From assembly GCF_006345805.1 (NCBI RefSeq), contig NC_043002.1, forward strand, positions 39,246,001-39,310,000: DNA of 64,000 bases. Direction: 5' to 3'. The position numbers and the translations under genes are program-made. The stretch comes from Octopus sinensis (lineage: Eukaryota). Numbering within the stretch: the stretch's first letter is position 1; each line of letters begins with the position of its first letter. Under the pieces are notes generated by a model. It had not been told where the DNA came from, searched no databases, and saw only the letters and a program-made list of their open reading frames with translations. Of this stretch, positions 54,230 to 64,000 are shown piece by piece.

Positions 54230-55500
54230 AGATGGGGAGGACAGAGGAGAGTCATGCAATAATGAAGAGAGAGAGACAGCGATAGCACTTTGCCTGTCGA
54301 CGTTGCTACTGGAAGTAGCAAGTGGACAGAGTGAAAAGATCAACATCATCACTGCCATGAACAACAAAACCACCACGAGTAGCAACAGCAACAACAACCA
54401 GGACAACAACAACAGCAGTGGAAGCGACTGCAACATTAATACCATTTTTCTGGAGAAAAAAGTTAAAGTTTTTGACAAGAAAAATGAAACCATGTCCTCC
54501 ACTATGAACAGCACCAATAAGCAATCCAATGCTTCTTTCACCAAAATTTCTCAACAGATGGAGCACTCCAACTGATTTTGGTAAAAATTTCAGGAAATGC
54601 CTGGTAAATCTTAATCTACCCATGCTGCCACCAGGAGAAAAAGATCAGATCACAAAAAGAACCATGATCTATAGGTGTCTTAAGACCAGATGGATCAAGA
54701 ATCAGACAATCTTCTTGGATCCAGATATCAAGCTGTTGGTCCTGGATGTGAGCAACAACAATTGTTGTGCTTTTAGACTAGCTGCTGTGTACACCCCAAC
54801 TGTGGCAGGGAGCCAGATTTCTTCATTTGTGTAGTATGTCCTACTCTTTAGTACTAGTGGAAAACTGGAGGTCTGCCAGTTAGAGACAACCTCTACAGTG
54901 CAATAAAACCATTTTGCATACACTTGTCCAGTGTCTCGACATTGTTGATTTGTGGAGCTGTCAAACTGCTGTTGACCCATGTAGAATGGATTCGATTATT
55001 GGTTAAGTCTATCATGAGGATAACCCTGCCTTCTTTTGGCTGGGAAGGATAAGCAGTTTTCCTCTGTCTGATGACTATGGCAAAAGAGGTAGTGTGGAGG
55101 ACAAGGTTGAGATGACTGAAGACAGCTACTTTCCTCTTTGGCGAAGACTTCTTCAGCTTTCTCAAGTTTCAATTGAAAAGGAAAGTGAAGGTGGAGAGGG
55201 AAGTGCTTCCCAGCAATATTTTTGTTGAAGGGTGGATGAATGTGACAATGATGGACAGTGTGAAAGGGCCTACTCTGAATGTACGCCAGTAGGCCAGTGA
55301 AGATGAGGAGAGAGGTGCCTTCCTGGGGTGCCCTTGATGGTTGGGGTAACAAGATGGGTGGGGGTTCATCAGTTGGCACTGGGTGAAACTCCCCGCTTTT
55401 AGGGAATTTTAGTGTTTAAATTTTGTTGTTATTGTTTTTATTGTATACATGTTTTTGTGCTAAGCCCCACTTGTCCTTTACAAATCAGTAAAAACAATGG
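54230..55500 (+). mobile_element. Internally deleted L1/Tx1-like copy (ORF1 start, EN stub, ORF2 C-terminus, 3' UTR), RT absent
   Basis: TIFLDPDIKLLVLDV..FRLAAVY (EN) then MAKEVVWRTR..LKFQLKRKVKVEREVL..F..W. Confidence 0.8.
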
Positions 55501-57389
55501 TTCAAACAATATATCTCAGTATAAAAATATTTCTTTTGCAAATGAAGAAGCTAAGGACCTGGCCAAAAGTAAAAGGTGAAGTGATATCAAGTGAAAAAAA
55601 GAGGTAAGTTAAAGAGACCTTCTTAGACAGATTGGGTCAACTAGAATGAACACATGGTTGATGCCTGCATATACTAGCTCCTCATTAGTAGATGGGATAG
55701 TGAAAGTCTGGATTGCATACTAAGTTCAAATTCACAATTTAGGAGTTCCCTTTAAGTCATTCCCAAGGATTATGGATTTGTCTTCTGTACTACAAAAATA
55801 AATATAAAAAATTTATATATTTGTTTTGCAAGATTTCTTTGCAAAACAAGTACATAAATGTAACAACGTGATTTGTCCTCTGGACAAAAATAAATATGTA
55901 AACGTAACAATCTGAGCCATAGCCAGGCTAACAAGAAGTTGAAGGACACTGTATTCAATTGCCTACGGAAAACCGTGACGACTCAACAGCTTCAGTTTAT
56001 TAAACAATGTGTCTCCTCCAAAATATGCATTAACAGAGTCACATCTAATGTTAAACAGCTTGATCTCACCAAAGGCCAAGCTGAAATGCTAAAATAGTGC
56101 TGATGGTGAATATTAAAAACAAAATATACAAAGAACTAAGTGAGCAAGAAAAATGCAAACGAATATTATTAAGAGACATTAAAAACATCACCAAAGTCTG
56201 GATTGCATGCTAAGTTCAAATTCACAATTTAGGAGTTCCCTTTAAGTCATTTGCAAGGATTATGGATTTGTCCTCCGGACAAAAATAAATATGTAAACAT
56301 AACAATGTGAGCCATAGCCAGGCTAGCAAGAAGTTGAAGGACACTGTATTCAGTTGCCTACGGAAAACCATGACGACTCAACAGCTTCAGTTTATTAAAC
56401 AATGTGTCTCCTCTAAAATATGCATTAACAGAGTCACATCCCATGTTGAACAGCTTGATCTCACCAAAGGGCAAGCTGAAAAGCTAAAAAGAACGCTGAT
56501 GGTGTATATTAAAAACAAAATATACATGATTATGTTAGAAATTAATTGAAACACAGAAGGGGTGTATTTTGGTCAGAAATATAGTAACGAAAGGGTTAAC
56601 AGAGTCACATCCAAAGTTAAACAGCTTGATCTCACCAAAGGCCAAGCTGAAATGCTAAAATAACGCTGATGGTGAATATTAAAAACAAAATATACAAAGA
56701 ACTAAGCGAGCAAGAAAAATGCAAACGAATATCATTAAGATACATTAGTAACATAACCAAAGTCTGGATTGCATGCTAAGTTCAAATTCACAATTTAGGA
56801 GTTCCCTTTAAGTCATTTCCAAGAATTATGGTTTTGTCCTCTGGACAAAAATAAATATGTAAACGTAACAATCTGAGCCATAGCCAGGCTAGCAAGAAGT
56901 TGAAGGACACTGTATTCAGTTGCCTACGGAAAACCGTGACGACTCAACAGCTTCAGTTTATTAAACAATGTGTCTCCTCCAAAATATGCATTAACAGAAT
57001 CACATCCAATGTTGAACAACTTGATCTCACCAAAGGCCAAGCTGAAATGCTAAAATAACGCTGATGGTGAATATTAAAAACAAAATATACAAAGAACTAA
57101 GCGAGCAAGAAAAACGCAAACGAATATCATTAAGAGACATTAAAAACATCACCAAAGTCTGGATTGCATGCTAAGTTCAAATTCACAATTTAGGAGTTCC
57201 CTTTAAGTCATTTGCAAGGATTATGGATTTGTCCACTGGACAAAAATAAATATGTAAACCTAACAATGTGAGCCATAGCCAGGCTAGCAAGAAGTTGAAG
57301 GACACTGTATTCAGTTGCCTACGGAAAACCGTGACAACTGAACAGCTTCAGTTTATTAAACAATGTGTCTCCTCTAAAATATGCATTAA

Positions 57390-60022
57390 CCCTTTCGTTA
57401 CCAAACCGCCCAAAGCCGCCCGAAAAAAATTTTGGTTAATGTGACCAAGCCGCCCGTATTTACCTATTCATATTTAAATGAGAATATCAGAGCAAATCTT
57501 GTTAGTACATTCGTGAAAACACGTGATTATACTTCGTAAACAGTTCATCTACAGTTTTGTACAACGATCGACATGTTATTTTGATTCCGTGAATTTTTGG
57601 AGATTTTTTTTCCAAATTTGTTCCTTTTATATTTTTAAAATTTGTAATTCTGACAAAAAATGGATACAAATTTTGTTCTGTCAAGCAGCGAGTCAGAATT
57701 CGAAGGATTTTCTACAGAAGACCTTGATAAATTTCATGCTATGACTGAAAAAAAAAAAAGCACGTGGTATTTGAAAATGAATCCGATGTTTCATTTTCCG
57801 ATAGTGAGACCAGTGATTCCGAGAGCTCCGACAGCGATGAAGAAAATGTATTGGCTCCTGAATGGAGTGAAAATTTAAAAACTGTTTCTTCTAGTGATTT
57901 TTCTGAAGAAACTGGACCAAGCCACAATCTTTCTCAGGAGAGTCAAGCGATAGACTATTTTTTTTACTATTTCCAATGAGTCTGTTTGAACTCATTACGG
58001 CGGAAACGAACCGTTACGCTAAATATAAACAAAGTGAAAGAAAAGATAGTTTGTGGTTTCCCACAACATTAAATGAAATGAAGGCCTATTTTGCCATTAA
58101 TATTATTATGGGTATCAGGAAGTTACCCAGAATAACAAATTACTGGAGTAGCGATGAGCCCTTTGGAGACAAGTATGTCTCGAGTATAATGACGAGGACA
58201 CGATTTTTAAAATTGACACAATATTTGCATGTAAGAGACACGTGTAGTACACCAGTACGTGGAGAACCAGGCTTTGATCCCTTATTTAAAATAAGACCCA
58301 TTATTGACTGTGTTCTAAACACATATAAACTGTTTATAAACCGGGGAGATGCTTATCAATTGATGAGGGCATGGTGGGCTATAAAGCCCGGGTACGTTTC
58401 CGACAGTACATGCCCGGAAAGCCCACAAAATGGGGGATCAAAGTTTGGAAGATTTGCGAATCAAATACTGGGTACTGCTCAGGATTTGAATTTTATACAG
58501 GCAAAAGAGACAATCATGTAAGTCAGCATGGCCTAGGGTACGATGTGGTCTGGAATTTATCACTTCCATACCATAACCAGGGCCGTATATTATTTTTTGA
58601 CCGATTTTTCAGTTCGGTCAAACTTGCGGAGAATTTAGATACCGTGGCAACACATACATGTGCTACAGTGATCGCTAGTAGAAAAGGACTGCCGTTGGAT
58701 ATAAAAAAAGCAAAATTAAAAAAAAAAAGGTGAAATAATTCAATGGCAGAAAGGAAATTTGCTAGCGACCGCATACAGAGATAAGAGGCAGATCAATTTT
58801 CTGTCTACCTGTGCACGGCCACATGTGGATGAAAATGGCACGCCGTTTGTGAACCTCAATTATAACAGGTACATGGGTGGTGTAGATCGGCTGAATCAGA
58901 TGATGTCTTACTATCCAGTCGGCAGACCAGGGAATAAATGGTGGCGATACCTGGTTTGGTATATAGTAAACATGAGTATTACTAATGCGTTTATACTATA
59001 TACCAAATTGGGACCGGCTCGGAAGCGATGCGACCATCTGCAGTTCCGAGCAGATGTAGCAACGCAACTAAGAGCTGGTTATTCCTCAAAAAAAATAACT
59101 GTAGGGAGAAAAAGCAAAGCCTGCCAGAGGGATATCCCTCTGAATTCAGCCGATCTCCATAACTTAGAAAAAATCAAGGGTCCCAAAAAGCAGTGTCGCG
59201 AATGCCTTCATCAAAAAAGAAAGCACCTAGTGGAAGGGCTGTTGAAACAACTTTCCAATGTGCATTCTGCAAGGTTGCATTATGTAGAGCAAGGTGCTTT
59301 ACAAGTTTTCACGATAGGAATATTGTTTGATTTGTATATATGATTTGATTTTATAAATATTTTCAAATTTACTTCATTTTTATTTTTCTGTGTAATTTTA
59401 ATTTACTTGTTATTTTAATTTACCTGTAAGGTGAGTGACAAATTTTGATTAATTTCTTTTGTAAATCATTATTTTATCTATGTATGTATCTATGCATTAT
59501 TGCATCTGTGTATCTATGTATGTGAGAGAGCTTATTTAATCTAGTTGATGGTGTGTGTCTATTTTGTTTTCTAGTTTTCTTCACAGACAAATTCCAGTCT
59601 TTCGTTTTACTTATACCTTCTTGGTACACCTGTCTTTTGTGTGTTTAAATTCACCTGATGAATCCAGTAATGTGCACAACTCTTCTATAGTAAAATTTTG
59701 TTGTATACCCAATTGAATATTAGCTAATAACCCATTTTCTATAGCGATGTTTGAACAAAAATTTTAATAATTTTATATTTTGTTGAATTTACCGGTATTT
59801 ACCTGTATCTACCTGCAATTAGAGTCACTTTGTGACAAAAGTTATGGTATAGAATTGGGTGAGAACCTTTCATTAACTTATCTTCCAAAAATCACATTAA
59901 TATATTGATAAATAAAAAAGTTATAGTTGTTTAATGAAACTAGACTAAATTTATGATTATGTTAGAAATTAATTGAAACACAGAAGGGGTGTATTTTGGT
60001 CAGAAATATAGTAACGAAAGGG
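57390..60022 (+). mobile_element. Full-length piggyBac transposon
   Basis: 12-bp perfect TIR ccctttcgttac, TTAA duplicated at 57386-57389 and 60023-60026, splitting a satellite unit exactly. Confidence 0.97.
57660..59331 (+). CDS. piggyBac transposase (five frameshifts, all at homopolymer runs; no in-frame nonsense codon seen)
   Basis: LSIDEGM, FFDRFFSS, YMGGVDR (DDD triad), KPTKWGIK, C-terminal CREC..CAFC..C..C..H cysteine-rich domain. Confidence 0.9.
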
Positions 60023-61559
60023 TTAACAGAGTCACATCCAAAGTTAAACAGCTTGATCTCACCAAAGGCCAAGCTGAAATGCTAAAATAACGCTGATGGT
60101 GAATATTAAAAACAAAATATACAAAGAACTAAGCGAGCAAGAAAAATGCAAACGAATATCATTAAGATACATTAGTAACATAACCAAAGTCTGGATTGCA
60201 TGCTAAGTTCAAATTCACAATTTAGGAGTTCCCTTTAAGTCATTTCCAAGAATTATGGTTTTGTCCTCTGGACAAAAATAAATATGTAAACCTAACAATG
60301 TGAGCCATAGCCAGGCTAGCAAGAAGTTTAAGGACACTGTATTCAGTTGCCTACGGAAAACCATGACGACTCAACAGCTTCAGTTTATTAAACAATGTGT
60401 CTCCTCCAAAATATGCATTAACAGAGTCACATCCAATGTTGAACAGCTTGATCTCACCAAAGGGTAAGCTGAAAAGCTAAAAAGAACGCTGATGGTGTAT
60501 ATTAAAAACAAAATATACAAAGAACTAAGCGAGCAAGAAAAACGCAAACGAATATCATTAAGATACATTAGTAACATAACCAAAGTCTGGATTGCATGCT
60601 AAGTTCAATTCACAATTTAGGAGTTCCCTTTAAGTCATTCCCAAGGATTATGGATTTGTCTTCTGTACTACAAAAATAAATATAAAAAATTTATATATTT
60701 GTTTTGCAAGATTTCTTTGCAAAACAAGTACATAAATGTAACAACGTGATTTGTCCTCCGTACAAAAATAAATATGTAAACGTAACAATGTGAGCCATAG
60801 CCAGGCTAACAAGAAGTTGAAGGACACTGTATTCAATTGCCTACGGAAAACCGTGACGACTCAACAGCTTCAGTTTATTAAACAATGTGTCTCCTCCAAA
60901 ATATGCATTAACAGAGTCACATCTAATGTTAAACAGCTTGATCTCACCAAAGGCCAAGCTGAAATGCTAAAATAACGCTGATGGTGAATATTAAAAACAA
61001 AATATACAAAGAACTAAGCGAGCAAGAAAAATGCAAACGAATATTATTAAGAGACATTAAAAACATCACCAAAGTCTGGATTGCATGCTAAGTTCAAATT
61101 CACAATTTAGGAGTTCCCTTTAAGTCATTTGCAAGGATTATGGTTTTGTCCTCCGGACAAAAATAAATATGTAAACGTAACAATGTGAGCCATAGCCAGG
61201 CTAGCAAGAAGTTGAAGGACACTGTATTCAGTTGCCTACAGAAAACCATGACGACTCAACAGCTTCAGTTTATTAAACAATGTGTCTCCTCCAAAATATG
61301 CATTAACAGAGTCACATCCAATGTTGAACAACTTGATCTCACCAAAGGGCAAGCTGAAAAGCTAAAAAGAACGCTGATGGTGTATATTAAAAACAAAATA
61401 TACAAAGAACTAAGCGAGCAAGAAAAACGCAAACGAATATCATTAAGATACATTAGTAACATAACCAAAGTCTGGATTGCATGCTAAGTTCAAATTCACA
61501 ATTTAGGAGTTCCCTTTAAGTCATTCCAAGGATTATGGTTTTGTCCTCCAGACAAAAAT

Positions 61560-62700
61560 AAATATGTAAACGTAACAATGTGAGCCATAGCCAGGCTAGC
61601 AAGAAGTTGAAGGACACTGTATTCAGTTGCCTACAGAAAACCATGACGACTCAACAGCTTCAGTTTATTAAACAATGTGTCTCCTCCAAAATATGCATTA
61701 ACAGAATCACATCCAATGTTGAACAGCTTGATCTCACCAAAGGCCAAGCTGAAAAGCTAAAAGAACGCTGATGGCGAATATTAAAAACAAAATATACAAA
61801 GAACTAAGCGAGCAAGAAAAATGCAAACGAATATTATTAAGAGAAATTAAAAACATCACCACACAAACAGAGAGAACCACACTTATGGATATAATATATG
61901 CAGAGAACAAACATATTATACACCAGTGCAATAGACACTTTAAAAAGAAATTGTTGTGGTTAAAACAAACAATATTATTAACTTGCAAAAGAGAAACAGA
62001 GGTAGCCAGATAAAATATTAAAAAATATTAGACTAAAGAAGCCTTAAAATTCATACGACCCTCAAGTCAATATGGATTTCAAGGTTTCTGGCTTAAAAAC
62101 CCTCACAGGCAAGCCTTCACACTTGGAAAATATCTTGCTCAATACCTAGCAAAGAAGTTCCCCCAGAGAATACAAAACAAAAAATATCTTTAAGCAAGAC
62201 AATAAAACAAAAAGGACTGAAATCATTAGAGCTGTGGTAACTAGAGCTACTACATGTTTAACACAAAAAACTACCAACAGAATTAGTAGCTGATTAAAAA
62301 TATCTCTTTACATTAAAACCTTACTTCATGAAGAAGAGAAATAATGTTGAAGATCATGAAGGTGAGGTAACTTAATGCACAGTATATAAACAAAATGGTG
62401 TGTCCAAAGCTGAATACAGGAAGACACTAGCAATGTGGTAGCATATGGCAAGATCTTTCGCTCCAGGAATCTTAAAATGCTTATTTGATTAACATCAAGA
62501 ATGGAATACAATTTCTAACATTGCATCATGGGTAAACATGTTTAAAAATGAATACAGTTCCAACAGCACATTCAAGACCTATATCATCACCACTGAAACT
62601 TAACTGCGGTAAACATTAACTGTGGTTACATTTCATAAAGAAAATATCCCAGAAGAAACATTTCTTTACTGATGCATGATGTTTTACAGGACACCCACCA
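61560..62700 (+). pseudogene. Degenerate Penelope-like ORF N-terminal region continuing from the last satellite unit
   Basis: Unit peptide QFIKQC..KRTLM..IKNKI..LLREIKN continues into unique sequence; TEIIRAVVT, HKENIP-like motifs. Confidence 0.5.
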
Positions 62701-64000
62701 ACACAATCTGAATACATCAAAAAATTGTTAACAGTGAAATAGTTATACCTAAATGATTTGCTCCAGCATGGACAAAACTTTCTGCTGAGAATTAAAAACA
62801 ACGAAAAATAAAAACACTTAGCCAACAGTCTGAATATAACAAAGGAGCAGCACTATACAATATTTAAACCAATTCTTCCATGATAATTGCTAATCCAACA
62901 AAGTAGCCGTTGATAATTAAATAAGTTGAAAGGAATAGAAGTATGTGCCAAAAACACTTAATTAAAATAAAGCTGTACTGTCTGAAGGAGAAGAAAAAAA
63001 GCAACAGGCACTTAACAAAAGGTTGCTCAACTTTAGACATTACCTATAACTGCAAAAACCACTAAATTAGACAAAAATGCATACAACCTTCTTTGCTGCC
63101 ACTGAGAAGGCCACATAATCCTGGTTAAACATTCACACACTTGAAACTAAGAGCACAGTAATTCTGATGTTTGTAATTCATTCAAAGATGATATTTAATA
63201 GAGACAATATAACTTGGATTTTTCTGTTTCGGCATTCTATATTATTATTTTTATGATAATCAAGTACTATTTACAAACTGGGAGAAGAGGGAGTCTTCAA
63301 AAGCAAGAAATACAAATTATAAACCCATAATTTCTTTGACAGCCTGAAGATCTACACCAGATAAATGCTAAGAAATGGACTGATTTGACATTTTCAGTTA
63401 ATATAGGAAAGAGATTAGGTCAAAAATGTTAATTACTAACAGAAAAACATGGAAAACAGGCTTTCAAAGCAGTAAATATATAAGTCCACATCCATTTCAT
63501 TAAGGCAACGAAATACCCTAAATTCCTTGGTATTGATGAAAATACATAAATTTACTGTGAACACAAAGTTTGCCAGGATGTTATGCCAAACTTCAGAAAA
63601 CACAAAAGTCAAAGCTCCTTTTACAATAAAACAATTTTTCATAATCCATTGACAGTAGAGCTACAGGCACCAATATTTGGCATACTAATCCATGTTGTTT
63701 CCTATTTTAACATAGGACAGAAGAAAAAATAAAATCTTAGGATAAAAAATGAGAACACAATGTATTTAGTTTCTGTATATGCACTGACAAAAGAAAATCA
63801 GGAACTTGTACACTTACTTTCTTTACACACCAGAAATATCAGAAATTCTTATACTTTTTGACTGTTCAGAAACCCATTATTTGGAGTTGCTTACAGACTC
63901 CTTTTGCTCTTCAGAAATATGTTCAGATTCCTGACCAATACAGAGTCACTAACTTTTACTGTACATTTGAACAGTATACTAAGTATGTTAGATGATGTAT

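Larger units (their letters stand above)
55703..61860 (+). repeat. Tandem ~395-bp satellite (about 8 units; two ~490-bp variants)
   Basis: aaagtctggattgcat unit starts at 55703, 56193, 56759, 57154, 60186, 60582, 61071, 61467. Confidence 0.97.

Noticed and set aside
59654-59690. CTGATGA hammerhead-like core (also at 17070-17110 minus, 18902, 23538, 63345)
   Set aside because: No properly placed stem II plus GAAA and NUH, so the fold cannot be completed.
55703-61860. CRISPR-like or tandem-gene interpretation of the repeat array
   Set aside because: Units are ~395 bp and near identical throughout with no unique spacers; context is eukaryotic; unit ORFs are broken in several copies.
63075-63135. 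Possible 33-nt minus-strand exon (tttaaccag|DYVAFSVAAKK|gttgta)
   Set aside because: Weak donor, no recognisable protein and no neighbouring exons identified; would need RNA-seq.

Overview
AT-rich, microsatellite-saturated eukaryotic DNA, most likely from an octopus (Octopus sp.). This is inferred from the SINE families and the (TA)n/(CA)n/(AGAT)n/(ACAT)n/(ATT)n arrays. No host protein-coding gene can be supported; nearly all ORF-track entries are microsatellite read-throughs or transposon remnants. Bases 1-37 kb hold SINEs, microsatellites, Tc1/mariner relics, R4/Dong-like, RTE and Penelope fragments, non-autonomous Helitrons and several minimal hammerhead ribozymes. Bases 38.5-62.7 kb are a dense, mostly + strand transposon cluster. 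It contains an R2-like 3' fragment, Penelope RT, a truncated piggyBac, a head-to-tail array of L1/Tx1-like ORF1 + endonuclease-stub units, internally deleted L1/Tx1 copies, and a ~395-bp satellite made from a Penelope-like ORF start. That satellite is interrupted at TTAA by a probably intact piggyBac. The most interesting signal is in the L1/Tx1-like family. In three diverged copies the ORF1 stop lies inside a 5' splice donor (CA|GTAAGT; copy 1 needs one frameshift correction), followed by a short pyrimidine-rich spacer and an AG. Removing that spacer fuses ORF1 in frame to ORF2, suggesting a splice-controlled ORF1/ORF2 switch (hypothesis).
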